Shown one piece after another: positions 1-12,891 of a DNA stretch of 64,000 nt (position 1 is its first letter; the number at the start of each line of letters is the position of its first letter). The position numbers were made by a program, and so were the translations under genes. This stretch comes from Octopus vulgaris (taxonomy: Eukaryota): assembly GCA_951406725.2 (NCBI GenBank), contig OX597814.1, positions 160,270,001 to 160,334,000 on the forward strand, given 5' to 3'. The notes under the pieces were generated by a model that had not been told where the DNA came from, did no database searches, and saw only the letters and a program-made list of their open reading frames with translations.

Positions 1-240
1 CAAGAAATCGCAAAAAATAGGGATTTTCATAGAAAAAAAGCACATTTTTGATGTAAATAATTAATGGTTTTAACATGGTCCGATTTGAATTTTATCTTCT
101 AAGGAATGAAGCGCAAGCCTTCTTCTATCATACTCTCAATTTTGGTCAACTTGCGCCACAGGGTCTCAGAGGAGATAGTGTTAGTTGAAGGCTGCCAAAC
201 CTGCCACACACAGACAACTTCAGCTTTATATATATATATA
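1..240 (+). mobile_element. Possible 3' end of a non-autonomous Helitron-like element
   Basis: Motifs 'tcaattttggtcaacttgcgcc...ggagatag' and 'cacacagacaacttcagctttatatata' resemble the ends of invertebrate non-autonomous Helitrons as I recall them. No coding support. Confidence 0.4.
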
Positions 241-399
241 CTTTTTATCCCGTTTTTAGAGGGAAAGTACATGGTATTCAAGAAAATTGTATCAAAACCA
301 GTATCTCCGAATGTGTATGTATGTATGTGCATGTATGTGTGTATGTGTTTGTGTGTTTACATGTCTGTACAAGTACGTGCATAGCCATACACAGCATAA

Positions 400-630
400 T
401 ACGCTGCCATGAATATAGCAACATTTGCCTATCAATTGGTGGGGGTGGTGGGGGCATGAAATTTCATATGAAAGTGCATGATGACCAACAAATGGTTCTT
501 GTGGTTGTTGGGGACAATCGTGTATATAACATCTGTTCCAAAGAGTGTAGGTCACTTGCTGACCTGAAAAGTCACACCCGTGTTGTTGACACATGAGACC
601 GAAATGCTTGAGAACAAGGAAGCAGTGATC

Positions 631-632
<2 letters not shown>
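400..632 (+). mobile_element. Decayed 3' end of an RTE-like LINE with two C2H2-type zinc-finger remnants and a (TATG)n tail
   Basis: ORF 321..596 contains CHEYSNICLS..GMKFHMKVH and YNICSKECRSLADLKSHTRV, then a stop, a short UTR 'cttgagaacaaggaagcagtgatca' and directly (TATG)n. Confidence 0.5.
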
Positions 633-661
<29 letters not shown>

Positions 662-740
662 TGTATGTATGTATGTATGTATGTATGTATGTATGTATGT
701 ATGTATGTTTGTATGTATGTATGTTTATGCATGTATTTAG

Positions 741-780
<40 letters not shown>

Positions 781-792
781 GTATATACACAC

Positions 793-857
<65 letters not shown>

Positions 858-897
858 TAATAATAATAATAATGATAATAATAATAATAATAATAAT
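633..897. repeat. Compound microsatellite (TATG)n-(TA)n-(AAT)n
   Basis: Direct reading. Confidence 0.97.
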
Positions 898-1106
898 TGA
901 TTAAGTAACCAGAAGATGGATTTGGTATTAGCCTTTATTTTTTCGACGAACGTTTCAACCTATCCTGCTACTGTTCCTTTGTGCATCATGTCGCATTGCA
1001 TCTATTTTGCAGTCTAGGTGACAACTGTGCATGACATCAGGTAGCCCAAACCGTGCCAGTGCTTTACTTAACATAATAACACACTAATCGACATATGCCC
1101 ATTAGT

Positions 1107-1168
<62 letters not shown>

Positions 1169-2128
1169 GCGCGCGCGCACACACACACACACATGTTTGT
1201 CTGTGCATGTTCAGCCTGGAGCGTACTCATGTGTGTCAATGTGTGTGCGCGCAAGCCCATACACCCAACACATATACATGCACACTTGCGCGCGCCCAGT
1301 TGACAGCGGCATCAACGTAATGGATCGGAGTTGAAATAACATCACTTCCCTTATGCGCATGCATTAAAGCATATGCTCGGGGACAGAGTGTGCAGGGAAT
1401 GTTCTTGTACCCGCTAAATTTTCTTGTGGTCGGGGAGCAATGAAAACGCTCTGAATATCCTAGACTGGACCTGGATATGCATCCACTAAGCAAACTTGGT
1501 TGCCGCACTTATGCATTAGAGTAACAGAAGTCAGCACAGAGACGTAATTTTAACCATACCAAGATAGGCGCAGAGGACACATCGAAAGGCTTACTGTAGT
1601 ATACTACTAAATGATAATCCCATATTCTTATCCATGTAAATTTATGTGATAATATCAAACATTTAAATTAGATATCCTTTTATATTCCAATAATAAATAA
1701 TATACGTAACATTTATAAATGGACCTCGAAACTAAAGCAAAGCGTTAACAGATAGCAAACGTAAAAGATAAAGATCAATTAAGCAAGCAATATTAAGTTG
1801 CATAATTCAAAGAACTGGTTTTTGTTTCACCGTGCCAGAGAAATATATTGGCAGAAATTGCGTAAAAGACTATCAGAATGCTCGAATCCTTTATTCACAG
1901 AACCAACCCCGTCGCAAACAGTACTGTCCTGAGTCTGCTTGAGAAAACATCAAGAATACAAGCGTCAGTGATTCCGCAGAACACGTAATCTGGACATTTA
2001 TTCGTTGTTACCTACGTTCCTTAGGTGGAATTGAAGAGTTCTGTTTACTTTCGTTTGTAGATCTACATACTTAAATACATATATATATATACATACATAG
2101 ACATATACTCATATATATGTATACACAT

Positions 2129-2205
<77 letters not shown>

Positions 2206-4666
2206 GAACAGCAAATAGAAAACTAATAGTTGACATTAAACTCAACTTCAGCCCAATCTATGCAGTGTAACCAACTATATTATCTATAAACATTCATTTT
2301 AGAACTCTAAAACATCACAAAAACCAACTTTATATACAAAGAATGTAGCTATCTGAATTTGACACATCTGCTTACACCTTTACTTCCATGCCTGGCTAAA
2401 CACTAAACAATAGCAAATTAATCCTCCATCAAACCAAAATATATCTCCTCACCAAAACTTTGTATCGACCCACACCCTACAAACATATACTTGTCTCATT
2501 CCTCCTGTCCCCCTCTATCATCCCTTCTTACAACTACGTTCCTTGTGCACCGAATTCATACGTAATAATCATTCTCATAATTCCACTTACCCACATCCCT
2601 CAAAAAATAACAACCTGTCAAAAACAATATGAAGCTGAAAAGAACCAAAATAAATCACAACTGATTTTGGCAAACGAACCGAAATTTCGAAGTCGCATTC
2701 AAATTTTTCATTATAAAATTAAACACACACGTGCGTGCGCGAGCACTGACGCACTCACACACAAATATATAAATATATGTATACATATGCAGAGACGTGC
2801 ACACACACACACACACACTGATACGCACGCACACATATTCAGTTGAGTAGGTAATTCTCAATAAATTTCACAACACCAAGTTCTTAATGAAAAGTTTGGC
2901 GTTCTAACTTTTAGAGTAATGTAAAGAATGGTGGGATGGCCATGAGTGGAACTGCTAATCTAATCGTCCGATCACGACCGGCTGCTTAACATATCTGTTA
3001 GGCAGCACTGACCGAGAATGCCCAACAAAATTGTTGAGAATACCGCTATGTATTCTCACTCTAGTGCACTATGTTTGCCAATGTCATTTGAGGTTGCTAA
3101 ATGCCAGACGTGTGAGTGCACGTAAAACTCTTCAGTCTGTACTTATATACAATATTGTTGTAAGCTCAGTAATGGAAGTATGTTAAATCACGGTTGGGAT
3201 GCTTTCAGAAAGAGCAAAGAAAAGCAGATAGATTTTAACGTGGATATCACTCTATGAACTTAAAGACTGGGGAAGAAACCTAGAAATAAAATCAACAAAA
3301 GAATACTTAAAAAACGAAACACACACAAACCAAAATCAAAACAGCAACAAAAAAAGAGAGATAACTTGAAATAATGAACCAAAGTAACGAACCTAGTTTT
3401 TTTTCCTTTCTTTTTCTTTCTGTGTGATGGAAATATTTAACGTCCTTCTTGCTTTTCTGTTTTCTTTAATAATAGCTACCGAGATTCATTGAACAATTGT
3501 TGTGTCTCACTTCTTGCCTACAATTTTCCTTTGCATTGTTAAATATTTCATACATGACCTTCTCTGCTTTGGTCGATTCTCGAGTATTATTTATTTATAT
3601 CTTCATTCATTTATTTATTCATTCATTTATTTACTTTTATATTTTAGCTTCGCTTTTTCCCCCTTTGCGTTTAGGCACGCTAATGAAGCTGCGTCACCGA
3701 ATTATAGGAAACTAACCTTGAATACTATATTAGTGAAATACAAATACAAAAATGACATCCTTGATATTCGATTGTCTTTTCTCCTAAACAAGCATAAATC
3801 CTTTCATATCTTCATTCCCCCCAACTCATTCGTAGCTTAGTCCCTTTTGTTTTTGTTCTCTTTCTTTGGCGTTCATTCCTCCCTCCAAAACACATGAAGA
3901 CACGCACGTATACACACGCGTTATATTTAATTCAACTTGTCTATTTAATTACCACGTTCTTTATATTTCCTACCTACCTTCGCCCATATTTCTATGAACT
4001 TTATTTTATTCTTCATTTTCGTCTTAAATTGTCCTTCAACAATTCTGTTTCTTGGTTTCACCTCACCATTTTCTACATTTTCTATTCAAATATGCCTTAG
4101 CGGCTTTTCCCTCATATATCAATATATACGCTGTTTATCTTCCTTTTTCTTAACCTTTCGTCCGTTCTCTCTCTCTCACTCTCTTTATTTATTTATTTCT
4201 CTCTCCCCCCCTCTCTCTTACACATACACATATATGCATATATACAGACAGACAAACATTGTCACTCATTTACTCTTGCACTGGTTTCAGCCTTTGGACT
4301 AAAGGGACTTAACCGAAACATAGACGCGTAAATAAACAGCGCATTTCAGTATTCTTCGATGCTCTCTCAATTCTATCATCTCTCATCTCTTGATATACAC
4401 ACACATTTATGTTGCCTTTCCCTTGGATAACATCGGTGGCATGTAGAGGGGTGGCTGGTATGCATGAGCAATTACTGTTCTTCCCTAAACAAACTTGTCC
4501 GGACTTGCACCTTGGAGGGAAACTTTCATGAACGAAGGTGGTCTGTTTATTCTTCTCTGAGAACAACTGTAAACGTGTATCTACAACTCGCTCCAGAATA
4601 AAAGGATTTTATAGTTTTCATCAAAGATACTCATATACTCATATACTTCCCAGCCATTTTGCAGTT

Positions 4667-5526
4667 GGAAATTCCGGATCTGTTCAATTTCGCTCACAGA
4701 TTTTTTAGTTATTTTTTTAACTAAACATTTTGAAAATACTTACACTCGTGTGATTTCTCACGCTGAACACGGTTTACTTTCAACATTTTTGACAATATTT
4801 CGTATTTTAGAAGTTATTTCGTGTTGAAGTAGTCGTATTTGGGTAATTTTAACCAATCAGAGACGTGTATTCATTTGGAGAAAGCTACTGCTGTTTACGA
4901 TAGTAGTCAAAGAGCTACCACTTCCGGGTCATGCCACCTTTATCCTTTCTTCCTTTCTAGTCAGCACCGTGCTTTCCTTACTCTTTCCTTCTCTACTAGC
5001 AGACAGTCACTTCTACACTATCAACTACTAACCAGCGAGCGAACTTGTTGTCACTGCCTCAACAATTACTGCTGTATCTCTAACTACATGTTGAGTAAAC
5101 GAATAAATATATGTAAATAATATTTCTTCCTTCTTGGTGTTGATTCACGATGTTTACTGGTTACTCCGATGCAAGAAACAAAAACAAACGTGTAATATGC
5201 AACAAAGGCAGTAAACAAAAATGAAATAGAACAGAGTGGTGACAATTAGAAGAGATGGCCCGTAAGTTGTTGCTCTTCGATTACTATCGCAAACAGCAGT
5301 AGCATTCTTCAACTGAATACACGTCGTTGATTGGTTAAAATTACCTAAATACGACAACTTTAACATGAAATAACTTCTAAAATACGAAGTTTTGTCAAAA
5401 GGGTTGAAAGTAAGCCGTGTTCAGCGTGAGAAATTATACCAGTATCAGAAGTTTCAAACGGATTAGTTAAAACACAAAAACATATTTAAAAAATCTTTGA
5501 GCGAAACTGAATAGATGAGAAATTCC
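4667..5526. mobile_element. Non-autonomous DNA transposon (MITE/foldback) with ~260-bp imperfect terminal inverted repeats
   Basis: 4667-~4932 (ggaaattccggatctgttcaatttcgctcacagat...tctcacgctgaacacgg...taattttaaccaatca) is the reverse complement of ~5254-5526 (tgattggttaaaatta...ccgtgttcagcgtgaga...atctttgagcgaaactgaatagatgagaaattcc). ORFs 4839+ and 5154- translate to similar peptides. Superfamily not determined. Confidence 0.85.
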
Positions 5527-5919
5527 TCAACAAATAGCGATTGATGTATTTGCAGAATTCATCAATTCATCATTTGCAAACAGCTACTTTTGAGCTCCCT
5601 AAAAGAAAAGAAAAAAGTGAGAGAGAGATCGCATTTTCTAAAATCTTAAATGTAAGACACATGCCTGTATTGATCCAAGCGAATTTGTAATTGCCAATCA
5701 TATCATCCTTGGAACTCGTGATATAGCCCCATATTAAAGTAAAGGCGCAATTTTTCGAGTGTCTGTGTATGCATGTGTTGTAAGAATCTTATTTTGAAAT
5801 GATTTGCAGTAAGCCTGATATGACTTTTTGCTTCACTGTCACCTGCAAATATACTGTAACTAACAGAAGGAAAGCAAATATGATACAAATCGTAATACGT
5901 GAATCTGTATAAATCCTGA

Positions 5920-6348
5920 AATGGTCTCAGAAATTTGTCCTACGAAGAAAGGCTGAGGACGCTCGACCTTTATTCTCTTGAAAAACGCCGCCGCCGTGGT
6001 GATCTCATTCTCGCCCACAACATCATAAGCGGGAAGTGTAACCTCTCGAAAGAGCTGTTCTTCACTCCTGCTCCGGAGCGTCGGCTGCGGGGTCATTCCG
6101 AAAAGCTCTACCTGCGACGATTTCATCTCAATCGAAGAAGAGGAGCTTTCTCCGTCTGGGTTGCGGATCCGTGGAACAAGCTGCCAGACGAGATGGTGAA
6201 GATGCCGACGACCGCTTTGTTCAAAGCCTCCCTGGACCTCAAGTGGCCTGAACTCTTTACATGAACACCACCCTGTACTTAACTCCATGTCCCCCTACAT
6301 GGCCTTGCTATTTGCTTTTGAGCCAAATTAACTAACTAACTAACTAAC
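5920..6348 (+). mobile_element. 5'-truncated CR1-clade LINE: ORF2 C-terminus, 3' UTR and (TAAC)n tail
   Basis: SYEERLRTLDLYSLEKRRRRGDLI...RGHSEKL...FSVWVADPWNKLPDEMV...FKASLD is the typical CR1 ORF2 end. Stop at 6264, tail 'taactaactaac'. Confidence 0.92.
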
Positions 6349-6785
6349 ATGTATGCACGCATACGTGTGTGCCTGAATGTGTGCATTGAAAGTATAGTTT
6401 CTGTCTATGACTGACCAGTTTTCTCAGCATACAGAACCATAAGACTTATAGTCTACGAAGAGGAAATTGGTCGGTTATCGTGTTTTTTTCTTCTTTCAAT
6501 AAAAATATATACTCAGCACACGCATTGAGTCTTTTTATCGTGAGTTAAAAATGCATTGTATTTACATATGTACACACACACACACACACACAAGCGCAGA
6601 CACACACACATACACTCAAACCGACACAAATAGACAAACAGATTAACTGACAGATTAAAGAGGTACACATTAGAGTATATATGTCTCCATATACGTTTAT
6701 GTGTATATGTGTATATATGTGTGTATACACATATACATCTATATGTATGTATATATTTGTGTATCATATTATATTATATTATACA

Positions 6786-6847
<62 letters not shown>

Positions 6848-7362
6848 CATATATATATACATATATACATGTATATATAATTATTTTAATTATTGATTAA
6901 TTGATTGGCTGCAAAAGATGAAACAGTCAACGATTGAAAAGGATAAAATATAAAATTCAATATAAAAGAAATATCTAAATGTGTGTGAATATGAAAGAAA
7001 GTGAAATTTTGAATGAAATTTGGAATGGGAATGAAATGACGAAGGAATTTTGTCAAAGACAAAAAAATGTGCCAAATAATGAAGTCGAAATGCAAAAGAA
7101 TTTCAACACCAACTTTGCTTTCATCTTCCCCACACTCTCTCTCTCCCTTTATCGTCTGTATCGTTCCATTTTCCCCTCTCCCTCATTCTCTTTCTTCCCC
7201 TCCTCTCTTTCTCTTTCTCTAATTCTCACAGAATTAGAGAATTGAAGAATTATGGCTTGAATTGGCCTCAAGTCTTAAAAAACCTTAGTATCTGATATTA
7301 AACACAACTGGTTTGAATCAATGGAAAAGATGTTCAAATGGTTATTGAAGAGCGTACGTCAA

Positions 7363-7363
<1 letters not shown>

Positions 7364-7455
<92 letters not shown>
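7364..7455. repeat. (AGT)n microsatellite
   Basis: Direct reading. Confidence 0.97.
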
Positions 7456-7733
7456 GGTATGTGAATTAATGTTACAGTAATTTATGATAAAATGGAAGAT
7501 TTTTCTTTTTGTGTCACGTGATTGAAATTCGGTTTCCATTTTCCCGTTTTTTTTCCTCGGTTCTTCCTTTGTTCTTTCCTTCCTTCTTTTCCTATTTCAA
7601 TTTTTGTTTATTTTGTTATTTCTTTTTGCTTTTATTTATTTGTTGCTTTTAATCTGTTAAATGTCTGCCGCTGCCATTTCTTTCCCTCTCTCCTTCTCTT
7701 TCGTTCTTTTTGTCTTCTCTCTGACTGTCTGTT

Positions 7734-7768
<35 letters not shown>

Positions 7769-8282
7769 TTCTCTTTCTCTCCCCTTCTTTCTCTTCCTTT
7801 TGAGACCACTGGCCATATTTTCATCTCCTGCCCCCACCACCACACTGTCAGTACCACCACCGACACCACCACCGCCATCACCGCCATCATCACAACCATC
7901 AACATCAGCACCACTACCTCTACCACCACCACCACCACCAGCAGCAGCAGCAAGACCCATCTTATCAATATAAGCGAAAGCAGACCAAGAATTTGCTAAT
8001 TCAACTAAATAAATTCAATGGATTTTTTGATAAGTAGAAACATGTAGCTCGGTTAAGTCCCTTGATGCGCGGCTAGAGTATGGTGGAGTTGCTGCTGCTG
8101 CTGCTGCTGTAGTTATCTTACAGGTCATTGTTGCCATCGTTATGCAGTCGTCGTGGTCGTGAGAGCAAGCTCATCATTTCTGCAGCTCACATAAAGGGCT
8201 GCATGCTAACAATTCTACCAGCTCACCTCTTTAGTCCAGCTCAATAATGATAATGGTAATAATGATGATGATGATGATGATG

Positions 8283-8372
<90 letters not shown>

Positions 8373-8373
<1 letters not shown>

Positions 8374-8859
8374 GTACATTGTTTTGTCTTGGTGTAAAAG
8401 ATGGGCTACAGCAAATATTCTGCTCAATACCACAGATTTGCTTGTCAGTTGTTTGACCATAACCAGTTGAGTATGTCCCTTAGTGGCTGGTGATATGTAC
8501 ATCTCTGATCACGAGCAGAAGTAGTGGGGGAGCATCATAGCCGTGTGTTGAAAGGAATTCTTGGAAGCTTGGATAATTCACATTTGGAAACATGGGTGGT
8601 TCGTTCAACATCCTTAAAAACTCTTATTCAGGGACCATTTGAGCGGGATGGGCCACTCAACCAGAAGAAAGTTCTAACTGGGCCCCACCTGCAAGGTCAT
8701 GCGCTGTTTATCGTGATATAAGATCACCATGTCGCGCACATATGGTTGAGATGCATGTGCCTGGTGTACCCTTGTCAGACAGGTAGTCATGATGGGCATA
8801 CTGAGCTTCGTATATTTTACCCCAGTGTCACTTTGATGGTATGCACTGCTCTCTCACTC

Positions 8860-8860
<1 letters not shown>
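8373..8860 (+). mobile_element. Non-coding retroposed element embedded in (AAT)n; probable R4/Dong-dependent non-autonomous element or long LINE 3' UTR
   Basis: Complex ~490-bp segment flanked on both sides by (AAT)n (about 8283-8372 and 8861-8931). A hairpin at 8763-8802 aligns with the 3' UTR hairpins of the R4/Dong LINEs at 46794 and 48660. Confidence 0.65.
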
Positions 8861-8918
<58 letters not shown>

Positions 8919-8931
8919 TAATAATAATAAT

Positions 8932-9127
8932 GGTTTCAAATTTTTGGCACAAGACCAGCAACTTCGGCAGAATGGGTAAGTCGATTGCAACGACCCAGTG
9001 TTTCACATCCAAAAGGATGAAAGGCAAAGTCGACCTCGGCGGCATTTGAATCCAGAACGTGAAGACGGGCGAAATGCCACTAAGCATTTTACCCACATGC
9101 TAACAATTATGCCAGCTCATCGCCTTT
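8932..9127 (-). mobile_element. tRNA-derived SINE family B (core gtcgactttgcctttcatcctttcggggtcgataaaataagtacc, resembling the Meta-SINE domain)
   Basis: Reverse strand reads ggcgatgagctggcataattgttagc...ggattcaaatgccgccgaggtcgactttgcctttcatcc...cttgtgccaaaaatttgaaacc with an (ATT)n tail. Many copies in the window. Confidence 0.85.
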
Positions 9128-9145
9128 AATAATGATAATAATATT

Positions 9146-9356
9146 GGTTTCAAATTTTGACGCAAGACCAACAATTCCGGGGGAGAGACTAAGTCGATTA
9201 AATCGACCACAGTGCTTAACTGGTACTTATTTTATCGACCCCGAAGAATGAAAGGCAATGTTGACCTGAACAGAATTTGAACTCGGGACAGAAGTCCGAA
9301 AGAAACGCGAAGCATTTTTCTTAAAGCGCTGCCGATTTTGCCAGCTCGCTGCCTTG
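9146..9356 (-). mobile_element. SINE family B, tandem with the previous copy
   Basis: taagtcgattaaatcgacc...tggtacttattttatcgacccc...gaatttgaactc...gccagctcgctgcc. Confidence 0.85.
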
Positions 9357-10596
9357 ATACAATTCACTCAGTACTCAATCCATACACAATCTACACAGCA
9401 CATACTGTATAGAGCTATCACCCAAAAATATATATATAAATTCAATACACTACAGAATCAACATCCATTAACATATGCACAGCCCACACGACACATGATA
9501 CAGATACTTTCTTAAGTCCTCTCTACAGATTTTGCATAGAAATTAAATCCAGCAAAATTTAATGTGATGTCCCTAGAAGCAATTAATAATCGAGATAGCC
9601 ACCACTCAATAACTCACACATCATATATTCTATAGAATTGACAAGCAATAATATAACTCAACCTATACGGTGCAGACTCCGAACTAATCGCACCTCATAT
9701 TAATAATACAACACATACCCTTATTTAATCGACACTCGATACTATATCATCCCATACACCACTGAAAGTGAAGAAACACAATGAAATAACACAATCCATA
9801 CATTACCAGTTATACATAATCACTGCCCTATATTAAAACGCAAAATACAACTAACGCAATAATCATTCTACACAGTCTTTGCTTGACTAAATACAGCGCT
9901 GTATTTACCATTAACCAAAACAACCACGTGCTTAGAGAATCAAGGGAAGTGAGGGAAAACCACTGAAACGGTAATTGGTTTAAGGCATACACATTCACAT
10001 GCACGCATACATCACATGGTAAATGGTTTAAGGCATAAGAGAAATAACTTTAAACTTGCTAAACGAGTATTCGAAGTGTTTTTATGATTGGAAATATAAT
10101 TTTGAAGTGTTCATGGTCTCATAGTGAGGATCTGATCAAAGACTTGAATTAAAAAAAGGGTTGGAGAAAACTTTTGAAATGTAAATAAAGTGAAAAATAA
10201 TGCTTATATTTGATATAAGCATTATTTTCCATCTTTTTTTTCATTTTGAAAAATAAAAAATTATCTTTTGTTTTATTATTGTTTATATTTTGAATTACAT
10301 ATGTATGGGAGAACCAAAGTTTTTTTAAGAATTTAGGACTTCTATGGGTCGTAATCCAACCTGTCTAAATTGCCCATCCATCATTAAAATAACACAAAAG
10401 AAAACAAAAGCAAAGAGATGTAGCAAGCAAACACAACGAAGAACTCGGTTAGTGGTTCTTCACCTGAAGTGCAAGCCATACACAAGGGATGCACCACGCA
10501 AATTCTTGAAGAGGATGCAAAACAAGCTACTTTCTTTGTTTTTGTTCTACATCTGAAAAATACAACTTTAGTTCATAGTTTTATTTATCTAATTAT

Positions 10597-10764
10597 GGCG
10601 CGAACATGGGAGTGTGTGGTTAAGAAGGTCGCTTTGCAATCAGTGGGTTTTGAGTTCAGTTTCACTGCGCAATACCTTGGAAACTTAGGAAAGTATCGTT
10701 TCTTGTAACACTGGGCCTATAAATGCCTTGAGTGAATTTACTAAACAGCAATTGTATTAAAGCT

Positions 10765-10851
<87 letters not shown>

Positions 10852-11122
10852 GATACATAGAGGGACAGAGAGAGAGAGTAATATGTGAAGGTGTGTGTAT
10901 GCGTGCATGTGTATATATATATATATATATAGATAAGCGTGGGTCTTTGTATTTGTTGTTGCCCCTGACACCGCTTGACAACCGGTGTTGGTTTGTTTAC
11001 GTCCGAAAAACTCAACGGTTCGACAAAAGGACAGATAGAATAAGTACCAACAAAAATCTTTGAAGGCGGTACCCCCAGCATGGCCGCAGCCCAGTGACTG
11101 AAGCAAGTAGAAGTAAAAGATA
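10597..11122 (+). mobile_element. tRNA-derived SINE family A (octopus-type SINE with internal microsatellite), diverged copy
   Basis: Head gtgtgtggttaagaag...gagttcagt...accttgg, internal (TA)(GA) run, tail cgcttgacaaccggtgttgg...ccagcatggccgcag...tgactgaa. Confidence 0.85.
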
Positions 11123-11299
11123 AATTTAATCAATTAATTAATTTCGATACGGCAGGACGTTCAACATGAATCCGAAGCGTTCTCAAAACCAAAGAGCTTG
11201 ACATCTCCAAAAGCAACAGCAGCCAGAGAATTTAATGGTCTAATTAGAAATTTCGATTAAAGGAGGTACAAACATAATTTTGAGGCCTAGAGGTACGAG

Positions 11300-11722
11300 C
11301 AGAGCCCGACTAAGGTAATTAGAGGCCCTAAGCACCTACAAGATTTTGGTACTCCCATATATATATATATGTAATTCAAAATATAAACAATAATAAACCA
11401 TAAAGTCAATTTTTATTTTTGAAAAGGATACAAAACTAGCAGCAAGATGGAAAGTAATGTTTATTTTCATAAACTTCCATTTTATCTATATTTGAAAAAG
11501 TTTCTTCATTTTTTAATTGCAAAGCCTCTGACTAGATCTTCACTGAGAGACCATGGACACGTCGAAATTTATTTCCATTATCACAAACCATATCGAATAT
11601 TATTTTAGCAAGTTTAAAGAGATTTCTTTTGTGCCGTAAACCAATTACCATTTTTATGGTGCCCTGCTTCCCTTGATGCACTAAGCACTCGCTTAATTTG
11701 CTTAATCGTTCATCCAGCAGAG
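11300..11722. mobile_element. Degenerate hAT-like MITE
   Basis: Starts cagagcccgactaagg...gaggccctaagc and ends gcactaagcactcgcttaatttgcttaatcgttcatccagc, typical of 'cagggccggattaa..ttaatccggc' elements. Confidence 0.5.
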
Positions 11723-11822
11723 GTTAAGAGTCTTGAAAAGAAATTTTAAAAACAACGGCCCTAAGCACTTTCTTGTGCCCATAGAAATAGGAGTCAAATT
11801 TCTCCCAAATCGCACATTAGAC

Positions 11823-12309
11823 CAGTAGTTCTCAACTAGGATGCATGTGATCGCGAGTGGTCCACGCAAGATTTTTGGTGGTCCACACAACCAAAATAGT
11901 AAACTGAGGATCCACAATAGTTTTATAAGGATTCATGGAAAAATTTTGCTTCAGCAGTATTTATTATATAAAACAGCTACGTTTCTTTCTCTAATATTTT
12001 ACATAGTTAAAGATGTTTCCAGCCACTGAAAAATGTTCTCATAGGGGGTGCTATTGCAAACCTAAGTAACTGAATGGATGAAAGTAACTGAATGGATGAA
12101 AGACAAACTGAGAATTTTGAAAGAAGTATCTATACACTTCTGTCGGCGAAGGAGTGGCTGTGTGGTAAGTAGCATGCTTACGAACCACATGGTTCCGGGT
12201 TCAGTCCCACCGCGTGACACCTTGGGCAAGTTTCTTCTACTATAGCCTCGGGCCGACCAAAGCCTTGTGAGTGGATTCGGTAGACGGAAACTGAAAGAAG
12301 CCCGTCGTA

Positions 12310-12386
<77 letters not shown>

Positions 12387-12705
12387 GTATATGTTTGTTT
12401 GTATGTTTGTTCCCCCAACATTGCTTGACAGCCGATGCTGATGTGTTTACGACCCCGTAACTTAGCGGTTCGGCGAAAGAGACCGATAGAATAAGTACTA
12501 GGCATCGAAAGAATAAGTTCTGGGGTCGATTTGCTCGACTAAAGGCGGTGCTCCAGCATGGCCACAGTCAAATGACTGAAACAAGTAAAAGAGTTAAAAG
12601 AGTATACAACTAGTTTTTAAACAGGGAATAGCTACAGGGTCCAACAGAATCGAATAGTAATCAAAGGGTTCCATAGATACAGAAAAAAATGGTTTAGAAC
12701 CCCTG
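11823..12705. mobile_element. hAT/Charlie-type MITE interrupted by a SINE A
   Basis: Ends cagtagttctcaac / tttagaacccctg. Flanks cattagac / catttagac approximate an 8-bp TSD. Confidence 0.7.
12144..12605 (+). mobile_element. SINE family A, full length and well preserved
   Basis: A-box-like tggctgtgtgg, B-box-like ggttcagtcc, ccttgggcaag, gaagcccgtcg+(TA)n(TATG)n, 3' ctccagcatggccacagtcaaatgactgaaacaagtaaaagagt. Confidence 0.93.
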
Positions 12706-12891
12706 CATTTAGACATTGTGATTTTTGGTACGTTGAATGACGAGATTATTACGGCCTGAGCACCTTTGAACATACAGCTATAGGAGGAAATCATAGCTCG
12801 TTCGTGAAAGTTAAAGCATATATGTGTGTACATATATATGTACATAGATATGTGATGTATGCGTGCATGTGAATGTGTGTGTATTTATATA

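Noticed and set aside
7803-7973. Pro/Thr-rich frame after a polypyrimidine tract and AG (possible exon)
   Set aside because: It is a degenerate (CCA/CAC)n repeat, the pyrimidine tract is a (CT)n microsatellite, and there is no domain or partner exon. RNA-seq would be needed.
9971-10037. 20-bp direct repeat ggtaa(t/a)tggtttaaggcata
   Set aside because: Simple local duplication around a short CA-rich insert; no further structure.
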